Assembly (NCBI GenBank): GCA_016390365.1
Contig: GCA_016390365.1_3043.1
From: a phage
DNA length: 64,000 nucleotides
Direction: 5' to 3' (one strand)
Position 1 is the stretch's first letter; each line of letters begins with the position of its first letter. Under the pieces are notes generated by a model. It did no database searches. It was not told the DNA's origin and saw nothing but the letters and a program-made list of their open reading frames with translations. Positions 42,787 through 53,829 of the stretch are shown here, piece by piece. The position numbers and the translations under genes were made by a program.

Positions 42787-44246
42787 TTCTTAAAATTCTG
42801 AACGAAATAGCATCTATTGGTTCAACTAAGCAGAAGCAAGAAATTCTTGAAAAGAATAAAGATAATGAATTGCTTAAACGGGTATATCGTCTGACTTATT
42901 CTCGTGGGTTACAGTATTATATCAAGAAATGGCCTAAACCGGGTATTGCTACCCAGAGTTTTGGAATGTTGACTCTTACCGATATGCTTGACTTCATTGA
43001 ATTCACATTAGCTACTCGGAAATTGACTGGAAATGCGGCAATTGAGGAATTAACTGGATACATCACCGATGGTAAAAAAGATGATGTTGAAGTTTTGCGT
43101 CGAGTGATGATGCGAGACCTTGAATGCGGTGCTTCGGTATCTATTGCAAACAAAGTTTGGCCAGGTTTAATTCCTGAACAACCTCAAATGCTTGCAAGTT
43201 CTTATGATGAAAAAGGCATTAATAAGAATATCAAATTTCCAGCCTTTGCCCAGTTAAAAGCTGATGGAGCTCGGTGCTTTGCCGAAGTCAGAGGTGATGA
43301 ATTAGATGATGTTCGTCTTTTATCACGAGCCGGTAATGAATATCTAGGATTAGATCTTCTTAAGGAAGAATTAATCAAAATGACCACTGAAGCCCGCCAG
43401 ATTCATCCAGAAGGCGTGTTAATTGATGGCGAATTGGTATACCATGAGCAAGTTAAAAAGGAGCCAGAAGGCCTAGATTTTCTTTTTGATGCTTATCCTG
43501 AAATTAGTAAAGCCAAAGAATTCGCCGAAGTAGCTGAATCACGTACTACTTCTAATGGAATCGCTAATAAATCTTTAAAGGGAACCATTTCTGAAAAAGA
43601 AGCTAAATGCATGAAGTTTCAGGTTTGGGATTATGTTCCGTTGGTAGAAATATACGGTCTTCCTGCATTTCGTTTGAAATATGATGTACGTTTTTCTAAA
43701 CTAGAACAAATGACATCAGGCTATGATAAAGTAATTTTAATTGAAAACCAGGTAGTAAATAACCTAGATGAAGCTAAGGTAATTTATAAAAAGTATATTG
43801 ACCAAGGTCTTGAAGGTATTATTCTCAAAAATATCGATGGATTATGGGAAAATGCTCGTTCAAAAAATCTCTATAAATTTAAAGAAGTAATTGATGTTGA
43901 TTTAAAAATTGTAGGAATTTATCCTCACCGTAAAGACCCTACTAAAGCGGGTGGATTTATTCTTGAGTCAGAGTGTGGAAAAATTAAGGTAAATGCCGGT
44001 TCAGGCTTAAAAGATAAAGCCGGCGTAAAATCGCATGAACTTGACCGTACTCGCATCATGGAAAACCAAAATTATTATATTGGAAAAATTCTAGAGTGCG
44101 AATGCAACGGTTGGTTAAAATCTGATGGCCGCACTGATTACGTTAAATTATTTCTTCCGATTGCGATTCGTTTACGTGAAGATAAAACTAAAGCTAATAC
44201 ATTCGAGGATGTATTTGGCGATTTTCATGAGGTAACTGGTCTATGA
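42783..44246 (+). CDS. 30: ATP-dependent DNA ligase gp30
   Basis: 487-aa ORF, same length as T4 DNA ligase; adenylation motif KADGAR present. Confidence 0.97.
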   Translation: MILKILNEIASIGSTKQKQEILEKNKDNELLKRVYRLTYSRGLQYYIKKWPKPGIATQSFGMLTLTDMLDFIEFTLATRKLTGNAAIEELTGYITDGKKDDVEVLRRVMMRDLECGASVSIANKVWPGLIPEQPQMLASSYDEKGINKNIKFPAFAQLKADGARCFAEVRGDELDDVRLLSRAGNEYLGLDLLKEELIKMTTEARQIHPEGVLIDGELVYHEQVKKEPEGLDFLFDAYPEISKAKEFAEVAESRTTSNGIANKSLKGTISEKEAKCMKFQVWDYVPLVEIYGLPAFRLKYDVRFSKLEQMTSGYDKVILIENQVVNNLDEAKVIYKKYIDQGLEGIILKNIDGLWENARSKNLYKFKEVIDVDLKIVGIYPHRKDPTKAGGFILESECGKIKVNAGSGLKDKAGVKSHELDRTRIMENQNYYIGKILECECNGWLKSDGRTDYVKLFLPIAIRLREDKTKANTFEDVFGDFHEVTGL

Positions 44247-44431
44247 AAGCTTACTTAGAAACAGTTGTCGTGGCTCAAAAAGAAGGTGGAGATGTTTCTA
44301 CTTCTGTATCACAAGTCGTTCTCGAATTTGTAGATGCATATGCTTATAATAAATTTACAGAAACATTTGATGCCTATGAAAAAGGTCCAAAGTTTGAAAT
44401 ATACCGTACTCTCTTACCACTAGATTATTAA
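44243..44431 (+). CDS. hypothetical protein
   Basis: 62-aa ORF followed by a CUUCGG hairpin terminator. Confidence 0.45.
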   Translation: MKAYLETVVVAQKEGGDVSTSVSQVVLEFVDAYAYNKFTETFDAYEKGPKFEIYRTLLPLDY

Positions 44432-44452
44432 AGGCCTTCGGGCCTTTAATTT
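44431..44452 (+). terminator. terminator-like CUUCGG hairpin before alt late promoter
   Basis: AAGGCCTTCGGGCCTT followed by TAATTTT. Confidence 0.55.
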
Positions 44453-44460
44453 TATAAATA
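44453..44460 (+). promoter_or_regulatory. late promoter (TATAAATA) upstream of alt
   Basis: Exact TATAAATA immediately after a terminator hairpin, 20 nt before RBS GAGAGG. Confidence 0.65.
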
Positions 44461-44646
44461 GAATAAACACTAGAGAGGATATGATGGAACTTATTTGACG
44501 AAGATACTACTCTTCCAATTACAAACTTAAATCCAAAGAAGAAAATACCGCAAATTTTTTCAGTTCATGTTGATGATGCAATTGAACAACCAGGCTTTCG
44601 TTTATGTACCTATACATCTGGAGGTGATACTAATCGCGATTTAAAA

Positions 44647-46533
44647 ATGGGCGATAAAATGATGCATATTGTTCCTTTTACATTAACTGCTAAAGGTTCA
44701 ATTGCTAAATTAAAAGGTCTTGGTCCAAGCCCAATTAATTATATCAATTCAGTTTTTACTGTTGCGATGCAAACAATGAAGCAGTATAAAATTGACGCGT
44801 GCTTATTCCGTGTACTAAAGAGTAAAACAAATGGCGCAGCTCGTCAAATGCAAGTTATTGCTGACCGTTTAGTACGTACTAAAGGAGCAGGTCGATATGT
44901 TCTTTTAAAGGAAATCTGGGATTACGATAAAAAGTACGCATATATTATGGTTTACCGTAAAAATGCCAATTTAGAAGACATTCCAGGTGTACCTCCTATT
45001 TCAACTGAGTTATTCACAAAAGTTGAATCAAAGGTCGGTGATGTTTATGTAGACGTTAAAACAGGTAATGCTGTTCCTAAAGCTGTCGCTGTTGCTGCTT
45101 CTATTGCTTTAGAAAATGATAAGCGCACGGACCAAGCTGTTATTCAGAAAACTAAAATCAGTCGTCGATTAGCAGCACAAGCTCAATATTCTACTGTCGA
45201 TGCTTCACTTCAGGGTGATAGCTTCGCTGCTAAGAAATATCAGGAATTTGAATCTAAAGTTCCGGTATATAAAGCAGAAGGACCAATGAACTCTGGCGTT
45301 ATTCAGATTGGTTCAAACTTCAGCAAAGGAGCTATTGGTGGTATGAGAAGTGCTTTTCGTTTTAAATCTAACGATTATGAACTAGAAAGTTTCCGAAATC
45401 ATATTGCATTAGCCCATGCACGTTTACGTGATCCATCTATCAAGTTGCAGAGCGATATAACATATCAAGGTTCTCAAGAATATTTAAAGAATAAAGAATT
45501 CTTTGATTATAAAACTGATAAAATTTTAAGCGATCTTGCTGACATTAATATTTCTAATAGCTTTGATGTTATTAAGAAAATTATCAATGATTTAGTTAAA
45601 GGTTCTAAAGCTACACCAGATGAAAAGACAGCTATTATTCAATTTGTCATGAATGGCATTTATAAATTGATTAATGAATCTGCCGCCCAGGCATATGAAT
45701 ACGCAAGCACCGAAGTAGCTCCAAAAGGACTGACTCAGGCTGAATCTGATGTAATTGAAGATTATTGTGCAGATTCATATGTTGAAATGAACTCGTTTCT
45801 TTTGGGTAAACCGGATTCTACCCGCGAAGAATATATGGAACGAGCTATTAAGCACATCGAGACGTTGGATTCTGCATTCGCTAAAGGTTCAGTTCTTCCT
45901 CCAGGAACTACACTTTACCGTGGACAAGAAGTTACCTTTAAAACTTTGCGTCATAACATTGAAAACAAAATGTTCTATTTCAAGAACTTCGTATCTACAT
46001 CGCTTAAACCAAATATCTTCGGCGAGCATGGTAAAAACTATATGGCTCTAGATGATTCTGGCGCAGTATTTTCTGGTGAAGGAGAAGGTTCTGTTGATGC
46101 AGAAGATTTGATGCATATGGGTAGTCATTCTACATATGCTAATGAAGATGCTGAAACTAGCGTGGGTATGGTAATTAAAGGAGCTGAGCGAATCAAAGTT
46201 ATCGTTCCAGGTCATTTATCAGGATTTCCATCAGAAGCTGAAGTTATTCTACCGCGTGGAATTTTACTGAAGATTAATAAAGTAAGTACGTACTTTATGA
46301 AAGAAACTGCTTATAACAAGTATCTAATCGAAGGTACAATCGTTCCTCCTTCTGAACAATTAGAAGAATCAGTATATGATGGCGACCATCTAATGGAAAC
46401 TGGTGAAGTTCGTCCAATGGCTGGATTTAATCAATTCCTTGTAGAAGAATCAAAAGAAGAGGAAAACGAAGTTTCTCAAATCTTAGCTTCTTTGGTTAAC
46501 ATCAACGGAATGTCTAAAAAGTTCAAAATGTAG
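44647..46533 (+). CDS. alt: ADP-ribosyltransferase Alt (5' end disrupted; coordinates from first in-frame ATG)
   Basis: 628-aa ORF with ART-like motifs (YRG, STS, EVILPRG); frame is open upstream to 44485 (..FDEDTTLPITNL..) but RBS-linked ATG at 44481/44484 is in another frame. Confidence 0.75.
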   Translation: MGDKMMHIVPFTLTAKGSIAKLKGLGPSPINYINSVFTVAMQTMKQYKIDACLFRVLKSKTNGAARQMQVIADRLVRTKGAGRYVLLKEIWDYDKKYAYIMVYRKNANLEDIPGVPPISTELFTKVESKVGDVYVDVKTGNAVPKAVAVAASIALENDKRTDQAVIQKTKISRRLAAQAQYSTVDASLQGDSFAAKKYQEFESKVPVYKAEGPMNSGVIQIGSNFSKGAIGGMRSAFRFKSNDYELESFRNHIALAHARLRDPSIKLQSDITYQGSQEYLKNKEFFDYKTDKILSDLADINISNSFDVIKKIINDLVKGSKATPDEKTAIIQFVMNGIYKLINESAAQAYEYASTEVAPKGLTQAESDVIEDYCADSYVEMNSFLLGKPDSTREEYMERAIKHIETLDSAFAKGSVLPPGTTLYRGQEVTFKTLRHNIENKMFYFKNFVSTSLKPNIFGEHGKNYMALDDSGAVFSGEGEGSVDAEDLMHMGSHSTYANEDAETSVGMVIKGAERIKVIVPGHLSGFPSEAEVILPRGILLKINKVSTYFMKETAYNKYLIEGTIVPPSEQLEESVYDGDHLMETGEVRPMAGFNQFLVEESKEEENEVSQILASLVNINGMSKKFKM

Positions 46534-46563
46534 TTTACAAGTCCCTCGTGTTGTGTTATAGTA
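46533..46563 (+). promoter_or_regulatory. early-type promoter (second copy of alc-type element)
   Basis: GTTTAC at 46533; about 55 nt nearly identical to 33603..33657. Confidence 0.45.
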
Positions 46564-46587
46564 TTCTTACTGACATAACATGAGGAA
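46533..46587 (+). repeat. promoter-leader repeat, copy 2
   Basis: Near-identical to 33603..33657. Confidence 0.8.
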
Positions 46588-46593
46588 CACAAA

Positions 46594-46884
46594 ATGAAAT
46601 CTTCTTTACGCTTTTTAGGTCAAGAACTTGTAGTTGAAGGCGTTATTCCTGCTGATAATGCTTTTAATGAAGCAGTTTACGATGAATTTATCAAAATTTT
46701 TGGAACAGATAAAAAGTTCGGAATTTTTCCTTCTGAAAATTTTTCAAAGCCAGAACAGACTGAAAGTATTTTTCAGGGTGTAGTAACAGGTAAATTTGAG
46801 TCAGAAGCTCCGGTAAAAATTGAAGTTTATATTGAAGACAGTTTAGTTGCTTCAGTTTCTGCTTTCATTTCATTCCGTAAATAA
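46594..46884 (+). CDS. hypothetical protein
   Basis: 96-aa ORF; promoter-leader element upstream nearly identical to that of alc. Confidence 0.5.
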   Translation: MKSSLRFLGQELVVEGVIPADNAFNEAVYDEFIKIFGTDKKFGIFPSENFSKPEQTESIFQGVVTGKFESEAPVKIEVYIEDSLVASVSAFISFRK

Positions 46885-46908
46885 AAATATGGGGACCTTT
46901 CGGTCCCC
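46881..46908 (-). terminator. rho-independent terminator after gene 54
   Basis: Hairpin GGGGACC(GAAA)GGTCCCC on minus strand followed by T-run (plus-strand AAAAATAT). Confidence 0.6.
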
Positions 46909-46912
46909 ATTG

Positions 46913-47878
46913 TTATATTGCTCCTAATATTTTACTCTGCGAATTGACAATCCCTGTCATAGTATTAATGTTTGAAATGCTTCCTGCAGTCCCTCCTAAT
47001 CTACTAAGTCGTGAAAGCGAATTAGATAGTCCAGTAACACCTCCACTATTTCCAAGAACGCTTTGAATACCATTTATAGCAGCAGATTCAAGCCATTCAA
47101 GCGCAGCTTGCCTATCAACTGCTCCAGCCTGCATCACTCTGTACGCAAAAGTAACATCAAATGTAGTTATTTGGTTATCTCCATCATATGATAACTCAGG
47201 AGCGCTCACTGACACTGGAATGCATCCAGTGAACATCACCGCAGTATGAGGTAATCCATTGCGAGAATGAAGATTAACCTGAATATCTGCCTCGACATCT
47301 TGTGGCAAAGCACGCAATCCAGTTACTGGGTCTTGAACAGAGTTAACCCAGTCTTGCATTGCACGATAGTTACAAGCTTCTGAATCCATTCTAAATGAAA
47401 TAACCAAAGGGTCTAATTCTCTCCCAGTTATACGAATATTAGGAGAATTATAGTTCCAGTCAGTTTCATAGGATAATCTATTCTCTGGCATTTTTACAGA
47501 GTATATCATCAATCCAGATGAGTTATATGCCATGTTAAAGAAGTCAATTAAATATGTACCAACTGTAAATGAGCCTAATAAACTTTGAACTGTACGTTGA
47601 CTCATGGCACCAATAAGATATTTACTAACCCCTGATTTTCTTATCAGTTTTTGTGTGCCAGCTGTAATTAGCGTGGTAATTCCCTGATTAATATCGCCTT
47701 GAGTTAATCCTAACCAATTTGAATTTAGGCCCAAGTTATTATAAGAAAAGTTGCTAATTGAACTTATCAACGAAGAGCTTTTAGTTGATGGAGTTGTCGC
47801 AAAAACGCAGCTAAACATATTATTACGTTGGAAATCTGCGTTTATTGCTTGATTATTAAATTCCTCTAAAGAATACAT
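46913..47878 (-). CDS. 54: baseplate tail tube initiator gp54
   Basis: 321-aa ORF; length and order match T4 gp54. Confidence 0.88.
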   Translation of the reverse strand: MYSLEEFNNQAINADFQRNNMFSCVFATTPSTKSSSLISSISNFSYNNLGLNSNWLGLTQGDINQGITTLITAGTQKLIRKSGVSKYLIGAMSQRTVQSLLGSFTVGTYLIDFFNMAYNSSGLMIYSVKMPENRLSYETDWNYNSPNIRITGRELDPLVISFRMDSEACNYRAMQDWVNSVQDPVTGLRALPQDVEADIQVNLHSRNGLPHTAVMFTGCIPVSVSAPELSYDGDNQITTFDVTFAYRVMQAGAVDRQAALEWLESAAINGIQSVLGNSGGVTGLSNSLSRLSRLGGTAGSISNINTMTGIVNSQSKILGAI

Positions 47879-48972
47879 TAAAAAGTCCCCGCATATAAAG
47901 AAGCACGGTTTAACGTGATAATTTCTCTCATAGTAATCTCGAGAGTAAATGTACTAGGGAGGTTTGGAGCAATAGCTAATCCGTTAAAGTTACCATTAGG
48001 TGTTTTATCAAATCTAATGCTCTGTATTTGGCATGGGCCAAATATTTCCGTTTTTCCATCAAACTTAGATGTTGCACCAAAGTTTTTCACCATCCAAATT
48101 GTAGGGTTTGAAACCACTAGAACGTTAGTTAAACTCGATGTCATTTTCTCAAATAGTGTTTTATTTTTAGCTGCGTCTTCCGGAGATAAAGGTTCAATTA
48201 ACGTAGAACGATACCAATCATCTAAATACCCCTTTATTTCAGCAGCATATTGAGATTTACCCGTTTCGCCATAAGAAAAATAGTTAAAATATTGATAGAT
48301 ATTAATAATAGCCATTAAATCTTCTGTTGAACGTGGAGTCAAATCCCATGTAAACACTTTAGTTCTATTTTCGGCACCACCATACATACTTCTGGCTGTC
48401 GTATAAATCTGTTCATTATTATCAGCCATTATACCTTGTGTTATACTTTCCAATGCCCCAAATACTGCAGTTGAAGCAATATTACTTAGCACACCAGTAG
48501 CAGTACCTCCGCCTCTACTGATAAGGCTTTCTTGAACATCATTAAATCTATGTGATGATGTATCAACATCAGATTTAGATCTTGGTAAAAGAATGTTTGC
48601 GACAGGAGCTTTACTTATTGTTCCTGAATTATTGTTTGATATTAATCCATTTGATAGTTTTGATACTGTACTACTAATAGTGTTTCTAGCTGTACGTAAA
48701 ATACTAGAAGATGAAGAAGAGTAGTTAGATCTCATCGTTCTGAGACTTCCAGAATCCCTAGATGACATATTGTATGCAGTAAATAATAATCCATTCTTAT
48801 ATAGATCTGTTACCTGGAAGTCCCCTGTAGTGTCATTCCCACTAGCACGCCCAGTTGGAAACTGGGCTGTGTATGTTTTAGTTCCTACTTCTGATTTAGT
48901 ACTCTGTCCGGCTGAAATTTTCTCACCGGACTTTTTAATTAAATCAGCAGTTATTTCTTTAACAATTGCCAT
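47878..48972 (-). CDS. 48: baseplate tail tube cap gp48
   Basis: 364-aa ORF; length and order match T4 gp48. Confidence 0.88.
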   Translation of the reverse strand: MAIVKEITADLIKKSGEKISAGQSTKSEVGTKTYTAQFPTGRASGNDTTGDFQVTDLYKNGLLFTAYNMSSRDSGSLRTMRSNYSSSSSSILRTARNTISSTVSKLSNGLISNNNSGTISKAPVANILLPRSKSDVDTSSHRFNDVQESLISRGGGTATGVLSNIASTAVFGALESITQGIMADNNEQIYTTARSMYGGAENRTKVFTWDLTPRSTEDLMAIINIYQYFNYFSYGETGKSQYAAEIKGYLDDWYRSTLIEPLSPEDAAKNKTLFEKMTSSLTNVLVVSNPTIWMVKNFGATSKFDGKTEIFGPCQIQSIRFDKTPNGNFNGLAIAPNLPSTFTLEITMREIITLNRASLYAGTF

Positions 48973-48980
48973 ATTATTCC

Positions 48981-50753
48981 TTAATTAACTCCAGTCGCAT
49001 CAAATACACCAGGAGCAGTCGTGCTCGTTACGGGTGTCATATTATGAACGACAGTATTTTTCTTAATAACATTATTAGTATTATTGATCGAAGGAGATGC
49101 TTGTTGAACAGGAGCTTGCTGTGCTTTGTTCTTTTCAATAACCTGGACCTGTTTCGCTTCTGGTGATTTAGCAGAAGTTTGAGGTTTGGCATTAGGCTGA
49201 TTTTTCTTGAGCTCTTGATAAGTAGCATCAATTTTAGCAAATCTAGAAGCAAGTTCTTTTTTAACTGCCGGTGAATTATTTAAATCCGGGTCATCCATCC
49301 GTTTTTTAAGGTCTTCATAAGCAGCTTCAACTGATTTAACCGTTGAGTCTTTACTCATATCAGCTGAATCAGCATATTTTTCAAAGCGAATCATTGCGGC
49401 ACGGGCTTCATTAGCCTTCATTAAAGCATTTTTTCTTTCTTCAGGTGAAAGTTGCTTTAATTTTTCTTCTTCTGCTGCGCGTTCTTCGTCGGTAGTTAGT
49501 GCTTCTTTATTATCAACCCCGCGGATCCAATTAGATGCACGAGTTTTCCAATTAGCAATTTTATCTAATCCTTTTGCTATCGGACCAAGGTCTCCGTTCA
49601 TTCGTTTATCTTGATAATTTGCAACTTTTTCCTGGTCTTCTTTATTAAGAGATGCTCCAGTAGAATTTTGGAAATTTTCCAGTGCTCTTCCTTCTACTTC
49701 GTCAGCAGTATCTTTCATACCAGGAATAACTCGAAGAATTGCTGCTGATAATTTAGCCATTCCAAGCTGAATAAGTTCTCCTAAATTATAAAGAACCTTT
49801 CCAAGCCCTTCTACAATAGCTACCGTCAAACCGCCCCAATCTCCCGCTTCCCAGAACTTTTTAATTTCATCAATAGATTCAAAGATGCTCTGTAATAAAG
49901 GACCCCAAGTTCCGGTTTCGCTTGAAAAAGTTTTAAAATCAGTGCTAAACAAATCCCAGGCTTTTGAAAATTTATCTGACCAATATTTAAAATGAACCAT
50001 CAGTAGGTCTATTCCAATAACAACAGCCATTATTAATGCAACCATTTTAGCAGCTTCAATAGCAGCACTGACAGTATACTTAAATAGCATGCTTGATATT
50101 TTATCAGTAATTGAAATGGATTTTTTAAATCCAAAATCAACAGTCTTTGTTAATTTATCTAAAGCTTGAGATAATTTTAAATTAAATGCTTCTTTTTTCT
50201 GTTTTTCTTCCGGTGACTCTCGCTTAGGTTCAACTGGTTGAGGGGCAGGGAAAAAATCAGCGTCAGGATCATTATTAACTGCTTCAGGAGCTGGTAATAA
50301 TGGACCAACAAATTCAGCTGTATCATCCTCAACAACTTTAACGGGAATAGCACTTTCGACTACAGCTAAGCTGGTTCCTGTCTGTTGAATTCCAGCTGTT
50401 TGAATTTTTTGTTCTAGTAAACTCGTTAATTTATCTAATTTACTTCCGAGTGATTCACCGATTTCTTTATTAATATTGTTGCCAATTTCTACAGTTTCAG
50501 CAATTAACTCAGAACCAGCAGTAGTATCACTCACTGCGCTTTCTACATTGTCAATTGCTCCAATTATTTCATTCGATTTTTCTTCAACGGTTTGAGCTAT
50601 TAATTCAGAAGCAGCTTGAGCATCATCCAATTTTGTAGAAATGTCATTAAGCCCAGATAAAGTGTTAGAAGCGGATTTAGCCGCTTCCTGAACTGGTTTA
50701 TTATCTGAAATAACTTTTCTACGCATCGTTTGCATTTCTTGTGGCTTTTTCAT
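48981..50753 (-). CDS. 29: baseplate hub / tail length determinator gp29
   Basis: 590-aa ORF; length and order match T4 gp29. Confidence 0.88.
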   Translation of the reverse strand: MKKPQEMQTMRRKVISDNKPVQEAAKSASNTLSGLNDISTKLDDAQAASELIAQTVEEKSNEIIGAIDNVESAVSDTTAGSELIAETVEIGNNINKEIGESLGSKLDKLTSLLEQKIQTAGIQQTGTSLAVVESAIPVKVVEDDTAEFVGPLLPAPEAVNNDPDADFFPAPQPVEPKRESPEEKQKKEAFNLKLSQALDKLTKTVDFGFKKSISITDKISSMLFKYTVSAAIEAAKMVALIMAVVIGIDLLMVHFKYWSDKFSKAWDLFSTDFKTFSSETGTWGPLLQSIFESIDEIKKFWEAGDWGGLTVAIVEGLGKVLYNLGELIQLGMAKLSAAILRVIPGMKDTADEVEGRALENFQNSTGASLNKEDQEKVANYQDKRMNGDLGPIAKGLDKIANWKTRASNWIRGVDNKEALTTDEERAAEEEKLKQLSPEERKNALMKANEARAAMIRFEKYADSADMSKDSTVKSVEAAYEDLKKRMDDPDLNNSPAVKKELASRFAKIDATYQELKKNQPNAKPQTSAKSPEAKQVQVIEKNKAQQAPVQQASPSINNTNNVIKKNTVVHNMTPVTSTTAPGVFDATGVN

Positions 50754-51283
50754 TCAAATAATCCAATAATATTGCCAATTCCAGTTATTGGACCATTAGG
50801 GCCAGGAATTGCTAAAGTTGTAGAAATATCATTTGCCCATTTTAATACAAATGCTGGCATCTCAAGAAAATTAATTTCTTTAACTTCATCATTGACCTTA
50901 AGCAAGCATTTAGATAACATATCGCTCACCGTTAAAAATTGCTCAAATTTTCCAGGAGGTCTAAAATAAAATGTATTTCCTTGGTATTGAAATTCTAATC
51001 TTTGGCATACATAAACGTCATTTATGTCATAAGTATAACCATCTATTTCTTTACGAGATTTAATCTTTCCATTAAATTCCAATAAATGAATGGAAACGAA
51101 ATCAACTTCTGCTGGTGATAAATTCGGACAAATAGAATCAATAAGAAGTTTTAAATTTTCATCAGGACCTTTAACATCTTTTAAAATGTTATAATGTTTA
51201 AGACCCATTTTAGGAATAGAAACTTCTTTATTGCTTATTGGAAGAACTATTTTCTTCAGTGGTAGTATCAGATTTAAATTCAT
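50750..51283 (-). CDS. 28: baseplate hub distal subunit gp28
   Basis: 177-aa ORF; overlaps the 3' end of gene 27 by 56 nt. Confidence 0.8.
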   Translation of the reverse strand: MNLNLILPLKKIVLPISNKEVSIPKMGLKHYNILKDVKGPDENLKLLIDSICPNLSPAEVDFVSIHLLEFNGKIKSRKEIDGYTYDINDVYVCQRLEFQYQGNTFYFRPPGKFEQFLTVSDMLSKCLLKVNDEVKEINFLEMPAFVLKWANDISTTLAIPGPNGPITGIGNIIGLFE

Positions 51284-52403
51284 TTTTAACCTTAACTGGG
51301 TCTATTGTTTCCAGTTTCGTTGCATTAGTGAACATATATAAATGAGTTACTGAATTATTATTGGATAATTCGTGGATAACTTCATCAACGTAAAATTCTG
51401 TTTTAAATTGGTTTTTACTATCATTAAAAATAATTTTAACGCCAGGAGTCAAGTTAAAATTACCGACAGTAGAACATTTAGCATAGCCATCGTATTGTGC
51501 CATAGTTTGAAGACGAATAGCTTCTTCATAGCCATTCCTATAAGTCATTTCAGAATAAGCACCTGACCTTGACACTACAATAGAGTTTTCGCCCTTTCCT
51601 GTAGTAATCATTGGCAATGAAGAATCTAAAAATGAATGAGCATAGATAGTAGCATTTTTCATTGGGTCGCGTTTATGAGGATTAGATTTAGTCAACCAAA
51701 CGAAATCATATGCTAATGGATATTTTAATTCTTGGATGAATTGACCTATTAAAGATGGCTCACCGACAATCATTGGATACGGTTCTTGATTTATCATCAT
51801 ATCATAGTCCATCATGTTAACTCCCATGATGTCTTGCCATACAAATACAAATTTGTCACTTCCTACAGCTAGAGCAACTTCTCTGACATACGACAAATAG
51901 TTTTCAAATGTGCTAGTCCATGGAATATCAGGAACATAAGCATTTATAGCATTTATTGCTGGAGTTAATAACGTGCGATCCTGATAAATGACACCAAGCA
52001 TTTCCTTTATAGATTCGCCTGCATCAGAGAAAAACGGTCTGCCAAATTTAAGATTTTCTATAGAATGAATAGTTCCCAATTCAATAGCAATGATGTTATC
52101 ACCCTTTGAATCTACCGATACGGAAAAGTGCTTACATCCATAAATTCGTGTTTTAACATTATTAATATCGTTTGCATTAGCTACAGAAATCTGAATTATT
52201 TCATTTCCATCCATTTTTGTATGGATATTTTTAGAATCATAAAACTGCAGCATTCCTTCATTTCGACCATAAAGAGAATCCCGCATAGTTAATGTGGTAA
52301 TAGTAGCAGCTAATTCAACAAATCTATTATTACTCCAAGCGTCATAACTCTCAAATAATTTAACGCTGAGATTTGGATATCCGGGGCGTTGCAACATACT
52401 CAT
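51228..52403 (-). CDS. 27: baseplate hub subunit gp27
   Basis: 391-aa ORF; length and order match T4 gp27. Confidence 0.88.
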   Translation of the reverse strand: MSMLQRPGYPNLSVKLFESYDAWSNNRFVELAATITTLTMRDSLYGRNEGMLQFYDSKNIHTKMDGNEIIQISVANANDINNVKTRIYGCKHFSVSVDSKGDNIIAIELGTIHSIENLKFGRPFFSDAGESIKEMLGVIYQDRTLLTPAINAINAYVPDIPWTSTFENYLSYVREVALAVGSDKFVFVWQDIMGVNMMDYDMMINQEPYPMIVGEPSLIGQFIQELKYPLAYDFVWLTKSNPHKRDPMKNATIYAHSFLDSSLPMITTGKGENSIVVSRSGAYSEMTYRNGYEEAIRLQTMAQYDGYAKCSTVGNFNLTPGVKIIFNDSKNQFKTEFYVDEVIHELSNNNSVTHLYMFTNATKLETIDPVKVKNEFKSDTTTEENSSSNKQ

Positions 52404-53152
52404 TGTTGTTTATCCTTCTCAATCAGTTTTAATACGAATCCGCGCTCAGCAGGAATCATTTTCATTATTGAATTTAAGCTATAATTACTTTTTACAAGTG
52501 TGTGATTAATTTGATAAAAAGTAAATATCTCATCTGGATTAACTAATAGCTTAAACACATCTACTATATCAGTGTATTTTTTTACATACTTATTACAACA
52601 CGACATATGCAGTGTTAAATTAATAGGATTCATTGCATCGAGAATTTTTTCTAATGTTTCTATCTCGATGGCATCAACAAGTTCTATTTGACTCGATTCG
52701 CTAATTTCCTTCCAATCATACCACATTTCATCTACTTGAACGGAATGAATATTTTCAGTAATCATCTTTGCTTTATTTTCATAAAACTCAGAAGGAAACT
52801 TTAATTTAATTTTAACATTAGCTACATCAAAAACAGGTTCCTTTAATTCTTTTTGATATATTTCAAATGGAACTGTCTTTTCTTTTTTGCATTTTGGACA
52901 TACAAATGTGACCGGTACTTTAGTTTTACCTATTGACCCTACAAATACCTGCAAAAATATAAATGGTTGCCAAGTCTTCGGATAGTCTCCAAAATAATCG
53001 GCAATTAAATCAGCAATTATTTCTTTTTGTTCTTGTGGTGACCGATGTTCTATATCGTTTCGAACTAACAAAAAATCTCGATAATCTTCTACCGTAAATG
53101 GTTTAAAACGATGAACACCATCTGGTAATTTACAACGAATAATGTTTGCCAT
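52400..53152 (-). CDS. 51: baseplate hub assembly catalyst gp51
   Basis: 250-aa ORF with paired CxxC motifs; late promoter and SD upstream. Confidence 0.85.
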   Translation of the reverse strand: MANIIRCKLPDGVHRFKPFTVEDYRDFLLVRNDIEHRSPQEQKEIIADLIADYFGDYPKTWQPFIFLQVFVGSIGKTKVPVTFVCPKCKKEKTVPFEIYQKELKEPVFDVANVKIKLKFPSEFYENKAKMITENIHSVQVDEMWYDWKEISESSQIELVDAIEIETLEKILDAMNPINLTLHMSCCNKYVKKYTDIVDVFKLLVNPDEIFTFYQINHTLVKSNYSLNSIMKMIPAERGFVLKLIEKDKQQ

Positions 53153-53169
53153 AGATGCTCCTTTTATTC

Positions 53170-53177
53170 TATTTATA
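53170..53177 (-). promoter_or_regulatory. late promoter (TATAAATA) for gene 51 operon
   Basis: TATTTATA on plus strand; overlaps the divergent gene 26 late promoter. Confidence 0.6.
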
Positions 53178-53181
53178 AATA
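53174..53181 (+). promoter_or_regulatory. late promoter (TATAAATA) for genes 26-25
   Basis: Exact TATAAATA 21 nt upstream of gene 26 ATG. Confidence 0.65.
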
Positions 53182-53202
53182 TGATAAATAAAGGAGCTAA
53201 AT

Positions 53203-53829
53203 ATGTATGAATACAAATTTGATGTGAGAGTTGGTTCTAAAATAATCAACTGTCGCGCATTTACTCTTAAAGAATATCTAGAACTTATTACTGCTAAAAA
53301 GAACGGTTCAGTAGAAGAGATCGTTAAAAAGCTAATTAAAGACTGTACAAATGCAAAAGATTTAAACCGTCAAGAATCAGAATTATTGCTGATTCATTTA
53401 TGGGCGCATTCTCTTGGAGAAGTTAATCACGAAAACTCCTGGAAGTGCACCTGTGGAACTGAAATACCAACCCATATAAATCTATTACATACACAAATAG
53501 ATGCACCAGAAGACCTCTGGTATACACTGGGTGACATTAAAATTAAGTTCCATTACCCTAAAATTTTTGATGATAAAAACATAGCCAACATGATAGTATC
53601 ATGTATAGAAACGATTCATGCTAACGGTGAAAGCATTCCAATTGAAGACTTAAATGAAAAAGAGTTGGAAGATTTATATTCTATCATCACAGAGTCAGAT
53701 ATTGTAGCTATAAAAGATATGCTTTTAAAGCCTACTGTTTATTTGGCTGTTCCAATTAAGTGTCCAGAGTGTGGAAAAACTCACGCTCATGTAATAAGAG
53801 GACTCAAAGAATTCTTTGAGCTATTGTAA
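53203..53829 (+). CDS. 26: baseplate hub subunit gp26
   Basis: 208-aa ORF; divergent from gene 51; late promoter upstream. Confidence 0.85.
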   Translation: MYEYKFDVRVGSKIINCRAFTLKEYLELITAKKNGSVEEIVKKLIKDCTNAKDLNRQESELLLIHLWAHSLGEVNHENSWKCTCGTEIPTHINLLHTQIDAPEDLWYTLGDIKIKFHYPKIFDDKNIANMIVSCIETIHANGESIPIEDLNEKELEDLYSIITESDIVAIKDMLLKPTVYLAVPIKCPECGKTHAHVIRGLKEFFELL

